From positions 23,312,001 to 23,376,000 of the forward strand of contig OX442314.1 of the NCBI GenBank assembly GCA_949358305.1: a stretch of 64,000 bases of DNA, read 5' to 3'. The notes beneath the pieces are model-generated. The model was not told the origin of the DNA. It made no database searches and saw nothing but the letters and a program-made list of their open reading frames with translations. Positions within the stretch are counted from its first letter, which is position 1. Each line of letters begins with the position of its first letter. A program made the position numbers and the translations under genes. Positions 42,501 to 55,870 of the stretch are shown here, piece by piece. This stretch comes from Strigamia acuminata. Taxonomy: Eukaryota.

Positions 42501-45500
42501 GTAAGGTTGTCGGATAAAGAATTAATGAGATGTTCCATTTCATCTTTGGACAACATTCTCTTTGGCTGTTGACATTGCCGTACCCAGTGTCCAACTTGGC
42601 CACAATTATGGCACGGTGCATTCTCCGGTGTCAATTTTACTTGACTGGTCTTATTACCATCCGTTGCGCCGCCTGGCGTAGAAGTCTGTCCCTTACTTTC
42701 ACTTAATTGTGGAGTTTGTACTTCTATTTTTGAGTTGAAGTCGACAGAGTACGGTTTGGTCGGAAAGGACGAATTTCCTTGTGTCTGCGGCTGCACAACC
42801 GTTTGATGTGGCAACCTTGTTTGCATTTGCGGCTTGTATTTTGTTATCGCTGGATTGTTCCGTGTAAACAATACGCTTGCCGCATCCATTAGAGTGTTTA
42901 ATTCATCTTCCGAGTATTCTGTTAACATTATTTGTGTATTACCGACTGATTCGGTTGCTTCGGACGAGTCTTGTACCCATTTGACCGTTGGTCGCGTTGG
43001 CACTCGTGGTTGAGGATAAGGCGATGGTCCACTTTCTTGTTTTTTGGTGGACCCTTCCTCCCGAGATGATAATAAAAATTGCGAGCGTGGGCGCATCATT
43101 TTTGCACCGGATCTCGTATAGTCTGAGTGGTGTCGCTGCAAGTCATCCCGTGCTCTTTGCTCTTCTAGCGGGAGGTCTGATGCATATCTGTCATCAATAT
43201 ACATTTGATTGTTCCTTATAAATTCTTGTAATTTTTCGAAAGAACTGGCCATTGGTGCATCCACCATTCTTAATACCTTCTCGGAAAAGGGTGTCAGACC
43301 GTTTCTGAATTTTCTATCTTCGTCGAAATCGCTGATGTGATACGGGAGCTGAGCAATTAGATCTTCTGTTCGTCTTAAGTAAGACCGAATGTCTTCGCCC
43401 AACATTTGTTTGTGGTTGTCCCAATACTTTATCATCATTGCATTGGACTCCCCGTATTCTTTCATGAATGACTTTACAAATTCATTCCAGTGCGTGAATT
43501 TATTTTTTCGAAACCAATTCGTTGCACTACCAACCAACATTTTTGGTATCAACTTATGTAAAGCCACATCCGGGTCCATTTCGTGACTTGTCACCACGTG
43601 CATTACTTCATCTAAAAACTGGGTTCCGATTTGCCATCCTCCATCAAACATATCCGGATTAATGCGGTCCCACTTGATTTGGTGTGGTGAGTTGTAGTAA
43701 TGTGTCCAATTATTAGTGCAATATTTCAGAATAAGTTTCCTTAGAACTTCCTCCATTTCCTGAGATTTTGAAGGAATTTGCGACAATTTTGAGTCAATCT
43801 GTCTTGCGATGATTTCTTCCAATTCTCTGGAACTAGTTGGTAATGTATTTGATGGGGGCGGATCTCTGTTATCCGAACGGGAATTCCCTCTATCCCATCT
43901 CTCACCTTGTGGCCTTGAGTAATTTGGCTCTTCACGACGAAACTTATCTGAATGTGAATATTTTCGCTCATACTCGTGTTGTGATGGTGGTGGACTGGAG
44001 CGTGACCTCCGTTGGTCTCGGTATGAGTCGTCTCGTCGCCTATTGGAATCTTCACGTCGTCTGTGTGAATCATCACGTTGCTCATGTGAATCTCTATTCG
44101 TATAGGATTCGTACCAATAGGAGCCCCTATCCTGTCGTGAGTCCTGTTGGTGGCTGTATTGTGGACTTGGGCCTTCTCTTGATATCGACTCGTTTCGATT
44201 ATAACAGCTTTGTCCCACTGGACCATAATTGCTTTGTTGACGAGTCTCGTCTCTGAAGCGGGCGTCACTTTGCTGGCGTGGTTCGTCTTGACAACACGAT
44301 ACATTTCGCATATCTGTGTCATTATGTGCTCGAGTTTCGTCTGCAAATCGCACTTCACTGCGTGAACGGGCTTCTTGACGGTTGCACGACTCATTTCGTA
44401 AATTTACATCTTGTCCTATATGTGGGTTTGGTCCAACATATCTGTCGTCTTTTGAACGGGCAGCATCTCGATTACACGACTCATTTCGTGGATTTATATT
44501 TTCAGGTTGCTGTGAATATTTGCCCTGCAGATAGTCGTCATAATTTCTAATTCTTGTGTAACTGGCTTGTCCAGTTGCTCCATCTTGTCCGGTTGCAGCA
44601 TCTTGACTACTGCTTTTATCTTGCTCCGGAACTTCTTGATCATGTTGGAATTGTTCAACCGTTTCCATGAACGTGTATGATCTTCGATAGGCGGGGTTCT
44701 CGTCGTCTCGAGCGTCTTCAAGATATTCTCCCAAAGCTTTGCCTCCACACGCGCCTTTTGTTGCAGGATTACTGACATTTTCAGTTTCTATTGGAGTTTG
44801 GTGATCCCTGTTGTCTGAATCCATTTTTCTGCGTGCTGTCTGCCATTTTTGGAAATCCTCCGGGTCCACTCCTGTTACTGCACCTTGTTTTTTAATTGGT
44901 CCAGCAGGTTGGTCCGTTGCACGCTGACGATTTCTCTGTGCGATCACGTCCAGCACGTTTGGATTTTTTGCTGGTGAAACTGATGCTCTTTTAGCATCTC
45001 TTCTTTCATCCACATCACCTCTCCTTTTTAAAGGATTTGCGGACGAGCCTGGTGATAAATTGACCACTTCTGGCTGGCGTGGTGGAATGTTCGTTGGTCT
45101 GGCGTACTGGCATTGTGCAAGATATTTGAGCTCCTCATTCTCTTGGCGGACTCTTTCCGCTGCTTCTTGCGCTTCAAGAGCGTTCTGACGAAGGTAGTGG
45201 ATCTCCTTGCTTTCTGCTGTTTCCGCTGCCTTTTGTGCTGCAATTAATGCTAAACGTTCCGCTTCCACGCGGACTCTTTCCGCTGCAATCCTCTGTCTTT
45301 CGGCTTGCATAGCTGCTCGATCAGCCGCTATTTCCGCTAGACGTTTCTCCTGCAAGTCTCGATACTCGTTCGCCAAACGTATTTTTTCTTGCTCGATACG
45401 TTGATTTTCGGCACGTATCGCATCTCGATTTGCTAATTCCTGCGCCTTACGTCTATCACGTAATTCTTGTCGTTCCGTTGCTAGGCGGATCCTCTCAGCT

Positions 45501-46252
45501 TCCATTCTGTCTTTCTCCGCTTGCATTTCTCTGTCCAATTGGTCCTTTTTGGCACGAATTTCGTCTTCCGTCGCTTGTTTGGCCAATTCTGCCTCGTACT
45601 TCGCTTGGCGCGCTTGGCGTTCTTCCATTTTGAGACGTCGTACCATCTCGTATTCCTCTTGATGGAAATTTTGCAGCTGTCGGGTGCTGTCTTTCATCGC
45701 CTTTGTGATGTTTGCAACGTCTTCATCGGAAAGTGTAACGCCTTCTGCGTACTGACGCTGCCGCTCTGCCAATCGGTCTGCATTTTCCTGCATGAGATCG
45801 GCGATGCGCTGGCGTACTCGTGACAATTTATGTCGGGCCGGGGAATTTTCGCCCGAAGTTTCCGCGTCGTCTCGCGCTCTTTGTCTGGCTGCGGCGTGAT
45901 AGTGTTTTATCAATTTCCCCCGTTTGTGAGCGACGGCAATCACTTGCTCCAACGACATATTCGTTAAGTCAATTTTGCTGCTTGGAGTTGACGGCACGCT
46001 GGGCGAAGTCTTATCGACTGGTGAGGTGACACAGGGCTCTTCCCTTTGAGTTTCCTGCGACGTTTCCAACCAAAAATCTTGACTGGTTAGTCGGCGCTGT
46101 TCGGGATCTTGGTCCGATTCTCTCTCCGGGCTGGATGATGAATCGAAATATGGCTCCGCTGCTTCGCTGGTCGCTCCTCCGGCCGTACCGCCTCTAGTGC
46201 GGACTCCTCGTCTCGTTCCTCTCCCTCTCCTCGAATCTTGTGGCAAAGACAT
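42464..46252 (-). CDS. gag: Gag (about 1262 aa): coiled coil, low-complexity linker, capsid, CCHC knuckle
   Basis: ATG at 46252. Capsid-like LVGSATNWF..WNEFVKSFMKEYG..Q..GEDIRSY; knuckle CHNCGQVGHWVRQC. Confidence 0.93.
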   Translation of the reverse strand: MSLPQDSRRGRGTRRGVRTRGGTAGGATSEAAEPYFDSSSSPERESDQDPEQRRLTSQDFWLETSQETQREEPCVTSPVDKTSPSVPSTPSSKIDLTNMSLEQVIAVAHKRGKLIKHYHAAARQRARDDAETSGENSPARHKLSRVRQRIADLMQENADRLAERQRQYAEGVTLSDEDVANITKAMKDSTRQLQNFHQEEYEMVRRLKMEERQARQAKYEAELAKQATEDEIRAKKDQLDREMQAEKDRMEAERIRLATERQELRDRRKAQELANRDAIRAENQRIEQEKIRLANEYRDLQEKRLAEIAADRAAMQAERQRIAAERVRVEAERLALIAAQKAAETAESKEIHYLRQNALEAQEAAERVRQENEELKYLAQCQYARPTNIPPRQPEVVNLSPGSSANPLKRRGDVDERRDAKRASVSPAKNPNVLDVIAQRNRQRATDQPAGPIKKQGAVTGVDPEDFQKWQTARRKMDSDNRDHQTPIETENVSNPATKGACGGKALGEYLEDARDDENPAYRRSYTFMETVEQFQHDQEVPEQDKSSSQDAATGQDGATGQASYTRIRNYDDYLQGKYSQQPENINPRNESCNRDAARSKDDRYVGPNPHIGQDVNLRNESCNRQEARSRSEVRFADETRAHNDTDMRNVSCCQDEPRQQSDARFRDETRQQSNYGPVGQSCYNRNESISREGPSPQYSHQQDSRQDRGSYWYESYTNRDSHEQRDDSHRRREDSNRRRDDSYRDQRRSRSSPPPSQHEYERKYSHSDKFRREEPNYSRPQGERWDRGNSRSDNRDPPPSNTLPTSSRELEEIIARQIDSKLSQIPSKSQEMEEVLRKLILKYCTNNWTHYYNSPHQIKWDRINPDMFDGGWQIGTQFLDEVMHVVTSHEMDPDVALHKLIPKMLVGSATNWFRKNKFTHWNEFVKSFMKEYGESNAMMIKYWDNHKQMLGEDIRSYLRRTEDLIAQLPYHISDFDEDRKFRNGLTPFSEKVLRMVDAPMASSFEKLQEFIRNNQMYIDDRYASDLPLEEQRARDDLQRHHSDYTRSGAKMMRPRSQFLLSSREEGSTKKQESGPSPYPQPRVPTRPTVKWVQDSSEATESVGNTQIMLTEYSEDELNTLMDAASVLFTRNNPAITKYKPQMQTRLPHQTVVQPQTQGNSSFPTKPYSVDFNSKIEVQTPQLSESKGQTSTPGGATDGNKTSQVKLTPENAPCHNCGQVGHWVRQCQQPKRMLSKDEMEHLINSLSDNLTKNLNARAQEKQ

Positions 46253-46363
46253 TATTTGTAACACAGAATAGAGAAGAAAGAAACAGAAAATTTCCTATCA
46301 CAAATTTAAAAGACAAAATGGCGGTCCCTCAACTGAATTTAGTTGTTAAGGTTCAAATTTTTT

Positions 46364-46375
46364 AACGGGCCCCCA
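46364..46375 (-). promoter_or_regulatory. Primer-binding site (tRNA-Pro-like)
   Basis: TGGGGGCCCGTT starts 2 nt inside the 5' LTR boundary and resembles the tRNA-Pro PBS TGGGGGCTCGT. Confidence 0.65.
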
Positions 46376-46377
46376 GG

Positions 46378-47342
46378 TGTAATGAGCCTAAATTACTATT
46401 AAATAAATAATAATAATTCTAGACTTATTGATGCTTTGACAAGACTTATCATAAAAACTACTCTCTAATATTAAACTCACAAAATGGTTTATTCTGACTT
46501 AGAATAAGATAAATTACAGTGATAAATAAAGCTTAATGGAAATAAGAAATGAAATAATAGATGAAATGAGGAAATAACTTCAAATCGACGTGGAAACGTT
46601 ATTTTGACGATTCCAGCGCTCCGGCAACGATTTCGGCTCGTAATCGTCGCTCTTCTACGGCTCTCTCTTCGACGCTCGTCTCGCTATTCTGCTCGGCGTC
46701 GCTCCTCGGTGAAACGGACTTATTCCGTAACTCAAACCCTCGAAATTGTCTGGTACAAATCGACTCCCGTCGATTTGTTGAATCAACCGGACTCTTTCCG
46801 ATACTTCTACTACCCGTTCTCCGCAACTCCGTCGTCTTGGCGGCGAAACTGCGACTCTTTCGCACAACGTCTAGCCGGATTTCCTCCACGGCAAGGCGAA
46901 ATCCTGAATCAACAATTGAGTTGACTCAAGACTGATAAATCCCACCGCACGTGAAATGTGCGGCAAGACCGAAATATCCCGCTGCTGACTGATTTCAGCA
47001 GTAGGAAAACTCCCAAATTAGCTACTGGCTAATGCAGGAATATGTAAACTTCACGGAGGTTTTCACAAAAATACTAGTGTTTTACTGGTTGGTTTTTGTG
47101 TTGTTTCTCTGGCAAAGTTTGTGATCATACTGAGGAGTTCTCACTCCTCTCAGGACTCATTTCCTGTTTGGAGGCTTGTGGGCTGGTTACCCTGGCAACC
47201 ACCCACATTTCCTCCCGCTCTGCTCCGCTTTCTAGCCTGTAGACAGGAAGCATAAAAAACTCAAACTAAAAATATAATAAACTAAAATATATTTCTACAG
47301 ACTTTTTCTGTTACTTCCTTAGTGACCACTAGGGTCACTACA
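46378..47342 (-). repeat. 5' LTR
   Basis: Same length and, by eye, same sequence as 32442-33406. Confidence 0.97.
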
Positions 47343-47650
47343 AAATGTGGTGAAATCTCAAAACGAATTTTGAGGTACCGGTAACCACAATTCTAAAAAA
47401 CCTAAGTTCTCATCTTTCGTTATAATTTTAGTTTTTTTTTTATTAATTGTATTATAATCTAATCACTACCCAACATGCTATTTGGACTGTGCTATTTGTT
47501 TACATTCTCGCATCTTTAAACTGTTACCAGACGGCATTGCTTGTGTTTGCATTATGGGTAATAATTAGGTAGAGATTTAAAATAATACTTAGGCTTAGAT
47601 CCCAAAATTTGTGAGAAGTAAGAAACAGAAAAGAAAACAAATTTATAAAA

Positions 47651-50108
47651 ATGAGATTTATTCTTTTGCGTAAGAGGAATGGAAAGACATTTTTTGATTC
47701 TATACTGAAAATTGGTTGTGGACCCAACTTTGTGCTTAATCGTAGCCATGCATTTGAGGAGATGATAAAGCAGCAGGTAACTACTCACACGTGACATGTA
47801 AAAATTAAATGTCTTCTAAGTTCTAAATGAAATTACATTTCAGGGAGTGACTTTTTGGTTTAGGTTTTGGCTCTTAGTATGCTTTAATCATTGTTGCTTT
47901 CATTTACAAACGGTAAAGTGCAGCATTTTCTATGAGAAGTGATAAGTGTGTTTAATGTTTTAATTAATGAATAGATTCGAGAGTACTTACCGGATGTTAT
48001 GTCTGATGCTTTTACTCAACTGCACCAGCAATTTCTTCAAGGTTTTAAACTTTATTTATTTTAAGGGAATTGAAGTAAATAAAAAAAAAACAATAAAAAT
48101 TTCCCCAGGTTCTGACAATGAAGCGTATCAATATTGTATCGGTGTCCTTAAATCAATGAGAATTACTGAAAGTATAAAGCATTTAATTTAGTGTAAAGAA
48201 TAATTTTTAAAGTTCTAGTGATTGTGTTCCAGAAAATAACTTAACTGAAAAAGAAGATAAAAATGAAACCCATGATTTGGATTCAGTAAGTGTCATCCGA
48301 TTTCCAAAGGCGGATTTATAGATGGCGGTTTTAGCTTCTGAGAGGTGAAAGATTTGTGGGACCTCCCGTACACTGTAATAAAAATTACGTTTTACTGACG
48401 TCGAAAATTGGGGTCTTTGGAGTCCTAAGAGCCTTGCAGGAAAGATAATTTGGGGTCTTTGGAGTCCTAAGAGCCTTGCAGGAAAGATAATTTGGGGTCT
48501 TTGGAGTCCTAGGAGCCTTGCAGGAATGTTAATTTGGGGTCTGGGGATGCACATCAGAGCTTAAATTCGTCTTAGTTTATTTTTTAATGCGTAAGTGTAG
48601 TGTTTAATTTTGTTTTCTTAAAGTTAAAGGAGCTGGTGACAAAGGTTTTAGAAATAACGTTCGGTGCTGCACTATGCGAGATATTTTACAAATGGTTGAG
48701 TGCTAACGAAATGGACGACAAGTCTAAAAGATACTGGTCAATCCCTGACGAATATTTGGATATAAATTTCCAGCCTGGAAAGCTGGAGAGATTTCTGGTC
48801 AAAGGATGGAAGGAAAAATTGTTTACACTTTTTGATGTACCAGAAAACAGAGTTCCATGGGTAGCAGCGTTGCTGGAAGATAGAATTCTAACGCCAAGAA
48901 TTAACAGTCAAGAAGGGTTCAACTACAGTGAGCACGCCAGATTTATCAAAGAAGTTACTTCGGGAATGAAAATGTACCGACGGGACAGAATAAAAGAAAT
49001 TTATGCAGTGGATGAATTTCCCAATAAAAGGAAACCCCCAGAGAGATCGGTGAGACATTATCAACTCCACAACTATCTAAAATCACTTATTTATTATTTT
49101 CTTTAAAGGCTTTACTATCAACAGAAAAAATTACTATTCCTTGTAGTCTCGAATGGCCTTACGGAGATGCAATAGTGAGCGACAGCGAGCAGGGAGTTAC
49201 AAATAATTTAAATTCTATTGGAAATTACACTGGAACTGATCCAAGTTCTGCAGGCTCTGACGAATTGTTTTTCAATAATAATAATAAGAGATCAAAGTCC
49301 CAAATTTGTTGTTTCTGTGGAACAGAAAATGATGACTTTACACGTTTGGTTTTGTGTCAACAGTAAGGTTTAAACGTCTAGCCCCACACAGCATTAGATA
49401 TCTCGTTTAGGGTATTTTTCCTGCATGTTTTTAATAGTATAACTCAAGAAATGTCACAATTTCAAATACAAGAACATCTGCTACCCACTTCCACCTGCGT
49501 TTTCTGTGGTTTTCCCAGTTCTCAATGGGAATGCAAGGTTGGTCCTTGTGTTTAGCACAGTATCAACAATGTGTAGGAACAGGTCTGCGGAAGGATATTG
49601 CTGAATTAGCCAATTACGGTCAAAATGGACATTCTATAGACATCCAATTCTGTGTGGGACATTTGGGAAGTTGAGATTAATTGATTTTCATCTTCGATTT
49701 GCAGATGTGTTGGTGAAAATGAGAATCAACCAAAATATTACTGCAGTGCTAGCTGTCAAAGTAAAGAATTTTTTAAATATTTTTAACTTTTTAATGTTAA
49801 TTCTTGAGTTTGTTGCAGTTGAACACTGGTTCCAAGTTCACAGCAAGGATCATGGTCCTAAAAACAGTACTACTGCCAAACCTGTGACTACCCATACTAC
49901 TTGTAAACTGGAAAGCAAGACTGATTTTTTCAAGCGTCTTACACATTGGAACTTTTTTTCTAGTTTAGTCATTACTGTGATGCTTATTTTTTGTTCACCC
50001 ACTATGTTAGACTTGTGCTTTATGGTCTTTGGTTATATTTCTGAAAAAACTAAACTCTTTGGAGATAAAAATTACTCACCACGCAGTTATTTTGTTAATA
50101 ACGAATGA
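47651..50108 (+). CDS. Uncharacterised multi-exon protein with C-terminal MYND-like zinc finger, paralog A (boundaries approximate)
   Basis: Exons align with paralog B: DSILKIGCGPNFVLNR, FWFRFWL, FG.ALC..F.KWL..EM..SK.YWS.P..YL..F.PG..E.FLV..W. C-terminal CVFCG..WECK/C..YYCSASCQ..HWFQVH..H. Confidence 0.7.
48408..48545. repeat. ~42-bp intronic tandem repeat (about 3.3 copies)
   Basis: ttggggtctttggagtcctaagagccttgcaggaaagataat repeated. Confidence 0.85.
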
Positions 50109-50276
50109 AAAAAAAAATAAAGAAATATTATCCAAATTTTATACAAACCATATTATTGTTTCAACAATCAAATAAAACAACAAAACATTTACATTAGAAT
50201 AATCTGAAACATTACTACTGCTACACCTATTTCCAAAACTACAAAATTTATGTGCGAAATCAGCCACTGATTTAAC

Positions 50277-51848
50277 ATGAGGTACATTGAATTGAAGGCG
50301 TTTAAAGACACCAGTCACTACGACTCGATAATTAAATTCGGTTGTGGGCCGAATTTCGTGCTTAACAGAACACAGCTTTTCGAAAGGATGATAACAAACC
50401 AAGTATGCAGCATCCGCACATCCCTTTATTCTATACCTTTCTATTACTTTGCAGGGTATTCAATTTTGGTTTCGGTTTTGGTTGACATTTTGTTTTTATC
50501 CCGGTTGCTACGACTTAAACGTGGTAATAAAAGTGTATTTTGATTTAATCTTTGTAAAATACCCACATATTCAAACACTAGATGAGAAAGAAATGGCCAA
50601 AAATTACAACTTGGATAAGTATTCAAGTACACAATCAATTTCTAATGCAAAGTATAGGCCTGTACATTTTTTAGTTATAAGTTAAATTGTGATTATATCA
50701 AAATTATTTTTAGTGTCGCCACAAGAAACAGCTCGGTACTGTTTACAACGCATAATCAAACCGATGCACCTTATTACACCTAAAAGTATTAGTTAAATAA
50801 ATGTATAAATTCGTATTTTATGTCTCAAATTAGAGTTAATTTCTTCAATAACAGAAAACAAATTTGACGACTCTAAAGCTTTGGCCTTGAAGGAGGTAAA
50901 TTGGCAATTTAATTAAAGAAAATTAAGTTGACTTGTTGATTGTGTTTGTATAGTTACAAGAACTTGTGGTTACAAGTTGGACTTTTGCATTCGGGTGTGC
51001 TTTGTGTCATACATTTTTCAAGTGGCTCATTGCCGAGGAGATGAAGTACAACTCCAAAAGCTACTGGTCTCTACCCAAACAGTATTTAAATGCGGATTTT
51101 AAGCCTGGTTTAATCGAACATTTTCTCGTGATGAAATGGGAAGGAGAGTTGGTTAAACTTCTTGGTGTTGATGAGGTGCAAGTACCGTGGGTAACCCAGT
51201 TATTGAATAATCATATGGATGAAAAATGGTTTTCAAAAGAAGTTAAGTGGTGTAGTATATTGGATTGCAACATGTTTTACATTCAAAACACTGCGGAATT
51301 CATGAGAGAAATACGAAATGGCCGAAAAAGAGCCATACAAGATGTCGATGAAGCGCCACAGAAGAAAAGCTACAATAGTGCGATTAGTCGTATACCGGTA
51401 TTGCGACCAGGAAATGAATAGGTTCTCTTAGTTTGCTGCTTGTTTTACTTTTGTTTAGGTGTATACAGGTAGGAAAACCGAGAAATTTGTGGTTAAAAAA
51501 GCTAACGAGAAAAGTGCCGCTGATTTAAATGTTAAAATCAAACGGCAATGTCCTGTTTGTAGAAAAATTGAAAGTGTTGATTATGAAAAATTTAAAAGAT
51601 GTAAAAAGTAATTTTTAAAATTTTTATTTTCGGGTAATTTTATGATTTTATTTTGAATTTTTAAGGTGCGTGGATGAAAATTGGTCGCAACCAAGATATT
51701 ACTGTAGTGTCAACTGTCAAAGTATTATTGTTTTGGTTTACTAAGCGAAGGTTTATGTTTAAATTAATTTGGAAATTTATTTTAAATTCTAGCTCATCAT
51801 TGGTACCGAGTTCACCACGATGAGCATTCCAAATCCAAAACAAAATAA
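50277..51848 (+). CDS. Uncharacterised multi-exon protein with C-terminal MYND-like zinc finger, paralog B
   Basis: MRYIE..DSIIKFGCGPNFVLNR, GIQFWFRFWL, shared core domain, CPVCRK..FKRCKK/C..PRYYCSVNCQ..HWYRVH..H. Confidence 0.72.
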
Positions 51849-52577
51849 AATAGGAGAAATAGGGTGTCCTTTTGAGATGTCGTTGTGTGTCCTGATTGGT
51901 TTTTTTAATTTAATTTTTTACAAATTTGTGAAACTGATAAAAATAAACAAAAGTTTGTAAATAAATTCTATCCAAAAAAGAAATAAACTTATGTCTTGCA
52001 GTGTAACAAACTTTTGCTCTTACTTAACCATCGAATTAAATATGGTCTAAATTTTTTGCGAGTTTTTTTTTCTAAAATGTTTTTTCTGAAACTTTAATTT
52101 CGTTTGTTTTCGCCAGCAGAGAGCGCTTATCTACCACCATTTTAAAAAAAATCACTAAAATTTCGAAAACCCGATGCAATACAACTATCACAATACGTGA
52201 TAAACCTTAAAAAAATAAAATATTATTTAGGAAAACGGATATTTTTTATTTCTATTTTAGTTTCGCAATTATTCTCCACCCAATTATCTAATAAATGAAT
52301 AATTTCCGTTTTTAAATATTTCGAATCGTCTGCAGGCTAACTCTAAAACGAGACACGATCTTCCTTCATTCCGTAGCTGCGAATCCGAGCAGACGCGTTA
52401 ATCAATTCTCCAGCAAACAGCCTCAAATTCTACACAGTAAGTGCACAATGCAACCAAAATCAAAAACCTTCAATCCTAACCCAAAACCTTTCCAATCCAC
52501 TCTATATTCCTTTCCAAAAAATCCCAGACATTCCAAACGAAACCATGGAGGGCAGCTGGATAGACGATGCATGGTGA

Positions 52578-54767
<2,190 letters not shown>

Positions 54768-55428
54768 AGAGTTCTCGATATTTGGGTACACGACGAAGAT
54801 TATAATTTGATGAAATTTATATAAAATAATAGAGAAGTTGTATAAACGAAGGATTGTTGGTGTATTTTTCTTTGATTTCAATAAAACGTTTCTTCCATAT
54901 CGTAGTCCGTACGCTGCATTTTATATCCAATTGACGGATCTAAGAGGATATTATCCTTTATTGTGTTATAGACGGGCGTTTGCGTGTGGCCTGAGTATTG
55001 TACACATGGAGTTGAGCATGTGGTCGTGACAGCAAATCACACCGTAGTATGAAAAGTATATATAAATCTTGACATTTAAATCTTTTCCCGCTTAACTACA
55101 TACTATAAACACCTCACGTTTGGATTCAGTTGTTTGTTTTCGGTAACTATTTATTTCATTCACACACAGGAATGCCGAAGTGGATTTAATCCCTTCTTGG
55201 ATTTTTCATCCCCTCTTTTTGACCCACATTCTAGATAAGGGTGTAAACTAAAAAGGGGTGTTAACTAAATGGATTAAAATTATCACAGGATTGGTCTAGA
55301 CTGCATAAGATAATCCAAATCTTTTCCAGATCCTGTCATGTGATACTTTCCTATAAAAATCCTTGCAGAGCTGAAAAATACACAGTCCAACACCAACCAC
55401 ACCACATAATAACATTGTAACATTTATA

Positions 55429-55870
55429 ATCGAAAATGGTCTGGAAAGTGCAACTTATCACATTGATGCAACATTCAAGCCTTGCCCACGTTTTTTTAGT
55501 CAGCTGTTGACAGTTCAACTGAACTATTTTCGAAATGTATGTAAACCAAACTCATTTTTTTTTCTTTTAATTAATTAATTAATTATTTAATTCATATTAT
55601 TTCATCTGTACAGGTGTTTCCAGCATTTTACGTTTTAATGCGAAACAAATCTGCAAATTCATACTCTGCAGTCTTCAATTACATCAAAGAAAAAGTTGCT
55701 GGTTCCATTTTTGCAAGGTAAGTTACCAGATATTTTTTTTTTCGCGGTTGATTTTAGCTTTTCTACTTTTCCCAACTGCTTTTTTCGCGACAGTAGTGCC
55801 CCTCCATTTATTTTTACAAACAATGTTTTTTAGGCACTTCGAACAAACATGGTCGTAGGCCTACATTCGA
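55429..55870 (+). pseudogene. Decayed, intron-containing MULE (Mutator) transposase fragment
   Basis: YHIDATFKPCPRFFSQLLTV / VFPAFYVLMRNKSANSYSAVFNYIK, then frameshifted CWFHFCK/ALR..GL. The middle of the catalytic domain is deleted. Confidence 0.75.

Larger units (their letters stand above)
32442..47342 (-). mobile_element. Intact Ty3/Gypsy LTR retrotransposon with gag, pol and a third large ORF
   Basis: Two 965-bp LTRs with TG..CA ends; AAAT TSD at 32438-32441 and 47343-47346; PBS and PPT present; uninterrupted ORFs; PR-RT-RH-IN domain order. Confidence 0.97.

Noticed and set aside
48207..48554. Repetitive minus-strand ORF (PARLLGLQRPQI)n
   Set aside because: Intronic tandem repeat with no gene context.
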